Source: Alphaproteobacteria bacterium
GTDB lineage: Bacteria; Pseudomonadota; Alphaproteobacteria; CAAHEQ01; UBA3637
Length of the DNA stretch: 64,000 nucleotides
Direction of reading: 5' to 3'
Assembly (NCBI GenBank): GCA_017412085.1
Contig: JAFPYS010000019.1
Coordinates: 17,869 to 81,868, forward strand
Within the stretch, counting starts at the first letter, position 1; every line of letters starts with the position of its first letter. The position numbers were made by a program, and so were the translations under genes. The notes beneath the pieces are model-generated. The model made no database searches and was not told the origin of the DNA. It saw only the letters and a program-made list of their open reading frames with translations. Shown in pieces: positions 50,531 through 58,814 of this stretch.

Positions 50531-51555
50531 TTTTGGGTATAGAATCATCTTGTGATGAGACCGCTTGTGCTCTTGTCAACGAAAAGGGTGATGTGCTGTC
50601 GTCCGTTGTTTGGTCGCAGTATGATGAACATAGACGTTTTGGTGGTGTTGTGCCGGAAATTGCAGCACGCGCTCATTTGGAAAAGTGTGACATCCTCATT
50701 CGTGAATGTTTGGATAAAGCCTCTTTAGATTTCAAAGACTTATCTGCTGTTTCCGTAGCCGCTGGGCCAGGTCTTATCGGAGGTGTTTTGGTGGGGGTTA
50801 TGACGGCCAAAGCGATTGCCTTTGCACATAATCTGCCGTTCATCGCCGTCAATCATTTGGAAGGGCATGCATTGGTGGCGCGGTTAAGTAATCCCGTAAA
50901 GTTTCCGTATTTGCTGTTGTTGACCTCGGGTGGGCATTGCCAGATTTTGGAAGTAATGGGGGTCGGCAGATATAAAAAATTAGGGGCAACCATAGATGAT
51001 TCTGCGGGAGAAGCGTTTGATAAAGTGGCGAAAATGCTGGATATTGGCTATCCCGGTGGGCCGAACCTGGAAAAGCGTGCGAAGTTGGGTAATCCCAAGG
51101 CTTTTTCTTTGCCAATTCCCATGAAAGGGCGGGCAGGATGCGATTTTTCTTTCTCGGGCTTAAAGACCGCTGTGCGTTTCCAAATTGAAAAGATGGGCAA
51201 GCTGACGGATAAACAAAAAAATGATATGTGCGCCTCTTTTCAAACGGCGGTGGTGGCACAAATGCAAGATCGTCTGGAACATGCATTAAAAGTTTTCAAA
51301 AAGGATTTTCCTAACGCAAAAGATTTGGTGGTTGGGGGCGGAGTTGCGGCCAATGGTGCTGTGCGTGAGATGTTGGAAAAAGTGGCTGTAAAACACCAGA
51401 TGATTTTCTCGGCGCCTCCGATGAAGTATTGTACAGATAATGGTGTTATGATTGCCTGGGCCGGATTGGAAAGATTGCGTTTGGGACTGACCGATTCTTT
51501 GGACTTTAAAGCACGGCCGAGATGGCCATTGGAAGAACTTGACAGCAAAAAATAA
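50509..51555 (+). CDS. tsaD: tRNA N6-adenosine threonylcarbamoyltransferase TsaD
   Basis: 348 aa; GIESSCDETACAL; NHLEGHALVAR; GGVAANGAVREML. Confidence 0.96.
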   Translation: MAQKKQVILGIESSCDETACALVNEKGDVLSSVVWSQYDEHRRFGGVVPEIAARAHLEKCDILIRECLDKASLDFKDLSAVSVAAGPGLIGGVLVGVMTAKAIAFAHNLPFIAVNHLEGHALVARLSNPVKFPYLLLLTSGGHCQILEVMGVGRYKKLGATIDDSAGEAFDKVAKMLDIGYPGGPNLEKRAKLGNPKAFSLPIPMKGRAGCDFSFSGLKTAVRFQIEKMGKLTDKQKNDMCASFQTAVVAQMQDRLEHALKVFKKDFPNAKDLVVGGGVAANGAVREMLEKVAVKHQMIFSAPPMKYCTDNGVMIAWAGLERLRLGLTDSLDFKARPRWPLEELDSKK

Positions 51556-51592
51556 ATATGCTATATATTCTTTATACAGAAAAGGAGAACGA

Positions 51593-51907
51593 ATGCAACA
51601 AGTAAATGAAGCGAATTTTGACCAAGAAGTTTTGAAAAATGATAAACCTGTTTTAGTTGATTTTTCGGCTGTTTGGTGTGGGTCTTGCCGTCAGATAGCT
51701 CCATTTGTGGATCAGATTGCTGAAGAGATGTCTTCGGACCTGAAAATTGTCCAGGTAGATGTGGATGAGGCGGAACCTTTGGCGGTTAAATATGATATTC
51801 AATCATTGCCGACTTTATTGCTATTTAAAGGGGGCGAGGTTAAGGCAGCACATATCGGTGGCGCGGGCAAATCTGAGCTATTAGATTGGATTAAAGCAAA
51901 TATATAA
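51593..51907 (+). CDS. trxA: Thioredoxin
   Basis: Active site WCGSCRQ (variant of WCGPC); IQSLPTLLLFKGGE; AAAGGAG SD. Confidence 0.9.
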   Translation: MQQVNEANFDQEVLKNDKPVLVDFSAVWCGSCRQIAPFVDQIAEEMSSDLKIVQVDVDEAEPLAVKYDIQSLPTLLLFKGGEVKAAHIGGAGKSELLDWIKANI

Positions 51908-51941
51908 GTTAATGAATTAATATATTGAAAAGGAAAGAAAA

Positions 51942-52376
51942 ATGCCAAAATTTTATGTGAAAAAGTTCTATCCAACTGGTGTGACCATAATTGATGAAAA
52001 GACCATTGAAGGAGATCGGAGGTTGGCCGCTGAAGAGTTGCTTGCGGAGAGTACGCGTTGTGCTTTTATTTGTTTTGAACCTAAAGAAGGTCATGGGCAT
52101 ATGAAGGCCTTGACCTATAACCCCAAATATTATCGCAGTCCAGAAGTTGTTACATTGGATGATGCCACAAAAAAACCAGAATGTGTCAAAGTTTTACATC
52201 GTGTGAATCCAAGGCTTCATCGTGCTTTGGTCAAATGCGGTGAAGATTACGTTCCTTTGGCACAAGAAGATGTGGTTTTTGATAAACAGCTAAAGTGTAT
52301 TTGGCCACAAGATCTAGGGGAAAAACAGGTGACGCCCCCAAAGGTTTCTATATTGAATAAGATTCGCGGCAGATAA
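51942..52376 (+). CDS. Uncharacterised protein
   Basis: 144-aa intact ORF with GAAAGGAA-type SD; no family recognised. Confidence 0.7.
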   Translation: MPKFYVKKFYPTGVTIIDEKTIEGDRRLAAEELLAESTRCAFICFEPKEGHGHMKALTYNPKYYRSPEVVTLDDATKKPECVKVLHRVNPRLHRALVKCGEDYVPLAQEDVVFDKQLKCIWPQDLGEKQVTPPKVSILNKIRGR

Positions 52377-52390
52377 ATTTAATTCAAATA

Positions 52391-52420
52391 AGCGGGTTCG
52401 GATGATTCTAGAGCCCGTTT
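52391..52420 (+). terminator. Probable terminator after the 51942 ORF
   Basis: CGGGTTC...GAGCCCG then TTTTTA. Confidence 0.5.
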
Positions 52421-52523
52421 TTATTGGCAAAAGTTATTATTTTGTTGTCGTTAAAAATGCTCTCAGGTCAAAATTGTTGGCTAAAATCGACCAGGAGCAG
52501 GGTTCGTCTCGCCGAAAATCGTC

Positions 52524-52688
52524 CTAATTTTGATAAATGGCAGGCCGTTGCAGATAAGCTTTGCACATTTCGACTTCACGATCGGTCATTTGGTTGGGAT
52601 CTTTGTGAAGGCATAAAGTTTGCAAATCGTTTCCGCCGCTGACGCAGGCTGCCAAACCAAGACATAGAGCAATTGTAAAAATTTTCAT
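52524..52688 (-). CDS. 54-aa putative small lipoprotein
   Basis: MKIFTIALCLGLAACVSGG...; lipobox LAAC; AAAGGA SD; true start is downstream of the ORF-track start. Confidence 0.6.
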   Translation of the reverse strand: MKIFTIALCLGLAACVSGGNDLQTLCLHKDPNQMTDREVEMCKAYLQRPAIYQN

Positions 52689-52765
52689 TTGAATCCTTTC
52701 GTTTATTTGACGAGAAGTAAGATAAGGATTGCGAAAATCATTTTCAAGCCCAAGATATACACAAT

Positions 52766-52774
52766 TTATCCACA
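52766..52774 (+). promoter_or_regulatory. Single perfect DnaA-box-like sequence TTATCCACA
   Basis: Exact match to the DnaA box consensus next to a very AT-rich stretch (52776-53010). Confidence 0.3.
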
Positions 52775-53025
52775 AAATACATAACTTATTGAAAATATTA
52801 TAAAATATATTATTCTTGCTTCTAAAATCCGTATGGATACATAATATAAATTATGCGACAAATATATTAAGAATAATTTCATAATACTCTATTAAATCAA
52901 TCAGTTATAATTTTTGTCTAAAACAAAAAATGGGGATTTTAGGCGCAATTTAAGTTGTGACAGACTTTTGGCGGGATTGCAAGCCTTTTTCGCTAAACCA
53001 TATCTATAATTCAATGGAGGTTTAA

Positions 53026-53172
53026 ATGAAATATTTATGGTTTATCTTATTTTTATTAACAATGGCATGTGTTGGGATGGGCTATATTCTAAACGATCTG
53101 ATCGACTACCTGTTCCGATCAAACCGCTCTGAGACGCAAATTGTCGTAGAAACACCCGACCTTGAACAATAA
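53026..53172 (+). CDS. 48-aa small membrane protein (not in ORF track)
   Basis: MKYLWFILFLLTMACVGMGYILNDLIDYLFRSNRSETQIVVETPDLEQ; SD ATGGAGG. Confidence 0.6.
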   Translation: MKYLWFILFLLTMACVGMGYILNDLIDYLFRSNRSETQIVVETPDLEQ

Positions 53173-53200
53173 TTTTGATTTTAGGCTCTATCCACCTTGC

Positions 53201-53359
53201 TCAAAGTTGCTTAATTTCGATATTGATTAAATATTCCAGGAATGCTAGCGCTTTCAAGCTGTTTTGCATATGCAAGTTAATTAATAAAGCTTTCAAGATA
53301 TCTAGTTGTGGCAAGAGATATTGTTTAATAGCATTTTGATCAATTTTGTGTTGTTTCAT
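53201..53359 (-). CDS. 52-aa small protein (not in ORF track)
   Basis: MKQHKIDQNAIKQYLLPQLDILKALLINLHMQNSLKALAFLEYLINIEIKQL; strong SD ACAAAAGGAGT. Confidence 0.55.
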   Translation of the reverse strand: MKQHKIDQNAIKQYLLPQLDILKALLINLHMQNSLKALAFLEYLINIEIKQL

Positions 53360-53584
53360 GTTTTTACTCCTTTTGTACACATTTATATACTAAAGCATGT
53401 TTTTATAAAATACAACAAAAAAAAGCAAATAAATTAATTTTATATATTAAAAATTGTATTTTACAAAATAAAATAACAGATTTTAGATTATTTTTTATAT
53501 ATAAAGCAGTATGTTGACTATGGGGGTAAGGAACCGCATTTATCCCCCTCTTCTTGATTCGTTTTTTATTTGAAGAAAAAAGAC

Positions 53585-53613
53585 TTGATTTTTCCACTTT
53601 TTTTAAATAAAAT
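53585..53613 (+). promoter_or_regulatory. Promoter of tRNA-Ser
   Basis: TTGATT-N17-TAAAAT. Confidence 0.5.
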
Positions 53614-53645
53614 ATGATGGTTTTGAACATCCGTTTACTATTCGT

Positions 53646-53735
53646 GGAGAGATGGTCGAGTGGTTTAAGGCACCGGTCTTGAAAACCGGCGTGGGGGTTC
53701 CCCCACCGAGGGTTCGAATCCCTCTCTCTCCGCCA
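53646..53735 (+). tRNA. tRNA-Ser(UGA), CCA encoded
   Basis: Acceptor GGAGAGA/TCTCTCC, anticodon loop CTTGAAA, long variable arm, GGTTCGAATCC T-arm, 3' CCA. Confidence 0.95.
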
Positions 53736-53745
53736 ATAAAAAAAA

Positions 53746-53770
53746 GCCCCGATTGCTCGGGGCGTTTTGT
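53746..53770 (+). terminator. Terminator after tRNA-Ser
   Basis: GCCCCG-ATTGCT-CGGGGC then GTTTTGTTG. Confidence 0.65.
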
Positions 53771-53784
53771 TGTCACATCGTGGT

Positions 53785-55545
53785 TTATTTATTATAAAGC
53801 GGACGCGCTGTATAATGCGTATGCAGCAACTCCTCTGCCTTTTCTGACAGTGGCTCACCCAAATATTCTTTATACAGTTTTTGAATATCTGGATTTTGAT
53901 GTGAACAACGCACTTTTGCTTTTCGGTCATCATTCATAAGACCAGCCTGGCGTGCTTTACGGACGGCATTTGTCACCCCCAAAGGTTGACCACCACCACC
54001 AACACAACCGCCTGGGCATGCCATGACTTCAATTAAATCATATGGTGTTTTTTCACCATTGGCTTTAGCGCGACGAACTTTTTCCAATACGCTGACAACG
54101 TTTTTAATCCCATGAGCAACAGCCACATGGATTTCATTGCCGGCAATATTCAAAGTCATTTCTTTAGCGCCTTCGTTTAAGTTTGTAATTTGATCAAACT
54201 CAAGGTTTTCAATTTCTTTACCTGTGATGAGATAATGGGCAGTTCTTAAGGCCGCTTCCATAACGCCACCCGAGAAACCGAAGATGGTCCCTGCTCCCGA
54301 ATAAGTGCCAAGTGGAGAGTCAGCCTCTTCATCTGGTAAGGCGTTGAAATCAACACCCATCTGTTTAATCATCCGCACCAATTCGCGGGTCGTCAATGAC
54401 ACATCAATATTCTGAATGCCGTCATGAAACATTTCTTTTGAACGTTTGATTTCCCACTTCTTGGCCGTGCAAGGCATAATGGATACAACAATCATGTCCT
54501 TTGGATCTACACCAATTTTTTCAGCATAATATGTCTTGGCGACAGCACCCAACATCGCTTGAGGAGACTTGGCGGTTGAAAAGTTGTCAATCATATCATG
54601 ATCTACTTTCTCCAAATAATCCACCCAGGCCGGACAGCAACTGGTAATCAATGGTAAACGTTCTGGTTCTTTTGTATAACGCTTTACAAATTCACTGCCC
54701 TCTTCCATAATGGTTAAGTCAGCAGCAAAGTTTGTATCAAAGACAGCCTTAAAGCCCATCCGGCGTAATGCTGCGTAGATTTTTCCTGTTACCAAATCAC
54801 CGCTTTTATAACCGAAAGCTTCACCCAAAGCCACACGTACAGCCGGTGCAATTTGGACGACACAAGTTTTTGTTGTATCTTGTAAATAGTCCCATACTTT
54901 TCCTGTTTCGTCAACTTCAGTGATGGCCCCCGTTGGACAGTGCGCCGAACATTGACCACATTTAATACATGGAGAATCTTCCAAAGGTAAATCACCAGCT
55001 GGCGCCATACGTGTATTAATGCCACGCTTTAAGGAACTTAAAGCATAGACATTCTGCACATTTTGACAAACTTGAACGCAGCGACCACATTGAACACATT
55101 TTCTGGCATCAAGTTGGATACATCCTGTGGAATCATCCACCGGTAATTCTTTTTCGGTTGGAGTAATGTTGTCAAAAGCATCTTTATCCAACGCAAATTC
55201 ACGAGCCAAATCTTGTAATTCACAGTTGCCATTTTTCAGACAGCTTAAGCAATCATTTGGGTGACGAGAAAGAATAAGCTCCACAATTGTCTTGCGGGCC
55301 TTCATGATATCTGGATCGCGCGTAATAACTTGCATGCCCTCGGCTGCTGGAGTGCAGCAAGAGCGGAGCATTCTGCCATTAATCTTGACAATACAAATAC
55401 CACATGCCGCTGTTGCTTCCAAATCTGGATGCTTACACAAAGTTGGCACAATTACCTGTGCTTCACGACAAGCGTCTAAAACACTTGTACCTTCTGGGAC
55501 TTTGACTTCAATTCCATCGATTGTTAACGTAATCATTTTTAGCAT
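53785..55545 (-). CDS. hydA: [FeFe]-hydrogenase catalytic subunit (HydA/HndD-like)
   Basis: 586 aa; N-terminal 2Fe2S, HxxxCxxC[4Fe4S], two 4Fe4S; H-cluster motifs TSCCPAW, MPCTAKKWE, MACPGGCVGGGGQP. Confidence 0.96.
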   Translation of the reverse strand: MLKMITLTIDGIEVKVPEGTSVLDACREAQVIVPTLCKHPDLEATAACGICIVKINGRMLRSCCTPAAEGMQVITRDPDIMKARKTIVELILSRHPNDCLSCLKNGNCELQDLAREFALDKDAFDNITPTEKELPVDDSTGCIQLDARKCVQCGRCVQVCQNVQNVYALSSLKRGINTRMAPAGDLPLEDSPCIKCGQCSAHCPTGAITEVDETGKVWDYLQDTTKTCVVQIAPAVRVALGEAFGYKSGDLVTGKIYAALRRMGFKAVFDTNFAADLTIMEEGSEFVKRYTKEPERLPLITSCCPAWVDYLEKVDHDMIDNFSTAKSPQAMLGAVAKTYYAEKIGVDPKDMIVVSIMPCTAKKWEIKRSKEMFHDGIQNIDVSLTTRELVRMIKQMGVDFNALPDEEADSPLGTYSGAGTIFGFSGGVMEAALRTAHYLITGKEIENLEFDQITNLNEGAKEMTLNIAGNEIHVAVAHGIKNVVSVLEKVRRAKANGEKTPYDLIEVMACPGGCVGGGGQPLGVTNAVRKARQAGLMNDDRKAKVRCSHQNPDIQKLYKEYLGEPLSEKAEELLHTHYTARPLYNK

Positions 55546-57260
55546 CCTTTCTTTTCATCATCTTTTTTCAAGAGGGCTTCATATTCCTCTGGGAAATACT
55601 TCATAGTGGACAACACCGGGTTTGGAGAAGTTTGACCAAGTCCACACAAAGATCCTTTTTGCATGGCAGATCCAATCTCTTTGATTTTTTCCAAATCTTT
55701 ACGTGTCCCCTCGCCTTTGGCAACTTTAGTTAAAAGCCGCAACATTTGATATCCACCAAGACGGCATGGAGCACATTTGCCACAAGATTCATCCACTGTA
55801 AAGCCTAGATAGAATTTGGCGATTTCAACCATGGAATCATCTTCATCCATAACAATCATACCACCAGATCCCATCATAGAACCAATTTTCTTCAATTCCT
55901 CATAGCAAAGAGGCAGATTCAATTCTTTGGCAGGAATCACACCACCGGATGGACCACCAGTTTGTACAGCCTTAAATGGCTTGCCTGTGGAGGTGCCACC
56001 ACCCACTTCTTCCACCATTTCACGAACTGTTGTTCCCATTGGCACTTCTACAAGGCCGGAGTGTTTCACTTTACCAGTCAAAGCGAACACTTTTGTTCCC
56101 TTACTTGTTTCTGTTCCAACGCTGGAAAACCAATCGGCACCATTTAAAATAATTTGTGGTACGTTAGCCCATGTTTCAACGTTATTGATAATTGTTGGTT
56201 TTTGGAACAATCCTTTTTCCGTTGGGTAAGGTGGACGTGGACGCGGTGTTCCCTTGTTGCCTTCCAATGACATCATCAAGGCAGTTTCTTCACCGCAAAC
56301 AAACGCCCCAGCTCCAATACGTAATTCAGCCATAAAGCTAAAATCTGTACCGAAAATATTCTTACCCAAAATACCGGCACGTTTGGCCTGTTTGATGGCT
56401 AATTCAACACGTTCCAAAGCAAGTGGATATTCCGCACGAACATAAAACCAGCCCGAAGTAGCGCCAGTTGCGTAAGCAGCAATGAGCATTCCCTCCAAAA
56501 CGGCGTGTGCGCCACCACCCAAAATACAAGAATCCATATAAGCACCTGGGTCACCTTCATCACCATTACAGATAATGAATTTTTCGCCATCAACCAAAGG
56601 CGCTTTGGCTAATAATTCCCATTTTTTACCGGTTGGGAAGCCGCCACCACCACGACCACGTAAGCCTGATTTTGTAATTTCATCCAACACTTGCTGCGGC
56701 GTCATTTCAAATAAACATTTAATTAAAGCTTGATAGCCGCCATTGGCCACGTACTCGCCCAAATCTTCTGGATCAGATGAGCCCAGATGTTTCAACACCA
56801 CACGACGTTGTTTTGTGAAAAATGGCAATTCCATGGAGAGCTCTTTTTCTTGTAAATGAGGTGCCAATTTCAATTCGGCTTCTGGTTTACCAAGCAAAGG
56901 CTTTACATGCTGTTCTACAATCAAATGAGCAACATCTGGTGTCATTTCTTTATATAAGAAAGGTTTACGGCCTTTAATTTCAATGCGTGTCATTGGGCCT
57001 GCAGCACACAATCCCATACAGCCCGTCGCCACCAAACGAACTTTTTCTGTTAAACCAGCCGTTTCAAGGGCAGCTTTGAAAGCTTCGTAAACACTTTGTC
57101 CCCCGCCAGAATGGCAACTTGTTGCATTGCAGGTAAAAATGGTTGCTTCATATTTAGCGTTTGTTTCTTCGAAATCTTTGCCCATTTGCAAAAGTTTGTC
57201 TTTTTGCATGCGGCCAACCGCTTTTAATTTCTCAATTTGTTCAGGCGTCATTTCAACCAT
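55539..57260 (-). CDS. hydB: NuoF-like FMN/NAD(P)-binding hydrogenase subunit (HydB/HndC-like)
   Basis: N-terminal thioredoxin-like 2Fe2S (CNATSC...CMGLC), GRGGGGFPTGKKW, NGDEGDPGAYMD, ESCGKCAPCRLG. Confidence 0.92.
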   Translation of the reverse strand: MVEMTPEQIEKLKAVGRMQKDKLLQMGKDFEETNAKYEATIFTCNATSCHSGGGQSVYEAFKAALETAGLTEKVRLVATGCMGLCAAGPMTRIEIKGRKPFLYKEMTPDVAHLIVEQHVKPLLGKPEAELKLAPHLQEKELSMELPFFTKQRRVVLKHLGSSDPEDLGEYVANGGYQALIKCLFEMTPQQVLDEITKSGLRGRGGGGFPTGKKWELLAKAPLVDGEKFIICNGDEGDPGAYMDSCILGGGAHAVLEGMLIAAYATGATSGWFYVRAEYPLALERVELAIKQAKRAGILGKNIFGTDFSFMAELRIGAGAFVCGEETALMMSLEGNKGTPRPRPPYPTEKGLFQKPTIINNVETWANVPQIILNGADWFSSVGTETSKGTKVFALTGKVKHSGLVEVPMGTTVREMVEEVGGGTSTGKPFKAVQTGGPSGGVIPAKELNLPLCYEELKKIGSMMGSGGMIVMDEDDSMVEIAKFYLGFTVDESCGKCAPCRLGGYQMLRLLTKVAKGEGTRKDLEKIKEIGSAMQKGSLCGLGQTSPNPVLSTMKYFPEEYEALLKKDDEKKGC

Positions 57261-57261
57261 C

Positions 57262-57744
57262 TTATTTGCCCTCCTTTGCGCGCCATTCATTGATAATTGT
57301 TTTCACTTTATCGGGCGTCATCTTGCCATAGGTTACCCCATTGATTACCATCACCGGTGCTAAGCCGCAGCAGCCCAAACAACGGACGACTTGAATATAA
57401 AAAAGCCCATCATCGGTTGTTGTACCGGCGGGGACTCCTAATTCTTTCTCCAACTCTTCTAATACGCTGGCGCTGCCTTTAATATGACAAGCGGTTCCAT
57501 CACAAATGGAAATAACATATTTGCCAGGAGCCTTTACTTTAAAATAGTTATAGAATGTTAAACATTCATAGATTTTTGCCATTGGCACGCCCAAAGATTG
57601 TCCAAGGTACAAGGCTTCATCCCAAGGGACATAACCGAACTGACCTTGCAATTCGTGTAATGCCATAATCAAGGAACCGCGCTTACCATTCCATTTGCGG
57701 ATAATGGCGTCAACTTTTTCTTTATTTTCGTCGTTCATCTTCAT
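57262..57744 (-). CDS. hydC: NuoE-like 2Fe2S subunit (HydC/HndA-like)
   Basis: 160 aa; CDGTAC...CLGCC ligands. Confidence 0.93.
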   Translation of the reverse strand: MKMNDENKEKVDAIIRKWNGKRGSLIMALHELQGQFGYVPWDEALYLGQSLGVPMAKIYECLTFYNYFKVKAPGKYVISICDGTACHIKGSASVLEELEKELGVPAGTTTDDGLFYIQVVRCLGCCGLAPVMVINGVTYGKMTPDKVKTIINEWRAKEGK

Positions 57745-57896
57745 CCTTTCTTTGCAATTGAAATACGTATGCGAGTGAGTCTATAGAAATTTTAAAGGAA
57801 AATCAAGAGAAAAAGTAATCATTTCGCATTATTTTTCTCAAGGATAACTTGTATCCTGAAGGATTTACTCTATCTTTATGATAAAAAAGGGGAAAA

Positions 57897-58814
57897 ATGA
57901 AAGAATATTTGTTGGCAGTGTTTGCTGTTTTTTGTTGGAGCTTTAATGTTGTGGCGGCAAGCGTGCTTGTGGGAAAATTAACACCATGGCAAATCGCTGC
58001 CTTAAGATGGATCATTCCATCATTTATAATTTTTCCTTTTACTTTCAATATATTAAGAAAGAATATAAAAGTAATACTAAAACATAAAATCTGGCTTATT
58101 TGGACAGCTTTTTGGGGAATTACAATCAGCAATACTTGTGTTTATTATGCCGCTTATAGTGTGAACCCCGTTACCTTATCTTTAATTGGTGCAACGGGGC
58201 CGTTGTTTTTAATTTTCTTCTCATGGGTGATAAAAAAGACGCAATTATATAAAGAGCAAATTTATGGCTTATTGATTACCCTGATAGGCGTTTGTTTGAT
58301 TGTGATGCATGGTCGGATGGGCGGGCTTGGATTAGGTATTGCGGCGGGCGATTGGTGGATGTTGATAACCGCCATCACCTTTGGATATTACAGCTTTTTG
58401 GTGGCAAATAAACCGCCTCAATTACCCCACCTGCCCTTACTTGCCTGTTGTTTGATATTAGGCGCCTTATTTTGTTTGCCTATGTTTGTCTGGGATACAA
58501 TTTATAATCCGTTGAATTTTAAAACAAATTTTACACAAGAGATCATCTGGATTGTGATGGGACTTGGCGTGTTTAATTCTTTAATTGCCTATCTTTGTTG
58601 GAATCACGCAATGGATAAAGCGGACCCCGTAAAAGTTGGGATGATTTATTACCTGATGCCGGTATTTTCAACACTTGAAAGTTGGCTGATTCTGGGTGAA
58701 GGGATCCACCCGATCCATGTGATCGGAGCTATCATCATATTTATTGGAATATTCTACAGTAATAAAAAGCCTAAATCTGCTTTATTTCGACAGAGCCGTC
58801 GGGCAAGTCCTTAA
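57897..58814 (+). CDS. EamA/DMT superfamily transporter
   Basis: 305 aa, ~10 TMs, two EamA repeats. Confidence 0.88.
   Translation: MKEYLLAVFAVFCWSFNVVAASVLVGKLTPWQIAALRWIIPSFIIFPFTFNILRKNIKVILKHKIWLIWTAFWGITISNTCVYYAAYSVNPVTLSLIGATGPLFLIFFSWVIKKTQLYKEQIYGLLITLIGVCLIVMHGRMGGLGLGIAAGDWWMLITAITFGYYSFLVANKPPQLPHLPLLACCLILGALFCLPMFVWDTIYNPLNFKTNFTQEIIWIVMGLGVFNSLIAYLCWNHAMDKADPVKVGMIYYLMPVFSTLESWLILGEGIHPIHVIGAIIIFIGIFYSNKKPKSALFRQSRRASP

Noticed and set aside
53403-53939. Two ORFs crossing tRNA-Ser (minus 176 aa '...RRERDSNPRWGNPHAGFQDRCLKPLDHLS...' and plus 95 aa 'MVEWFKAPVLKTGVGVPPPRVRIPLSP...')
   Set aside because: Both are translations of the tRNA-Ser sequence on either strand, a well-known annotation artefact.
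53785-57744. Considered nuoEFG of respiratory complex I
   Set aside because: The third protein carries all [FeFe] H-cluster motifs, and no other nuo genes are adjacent.
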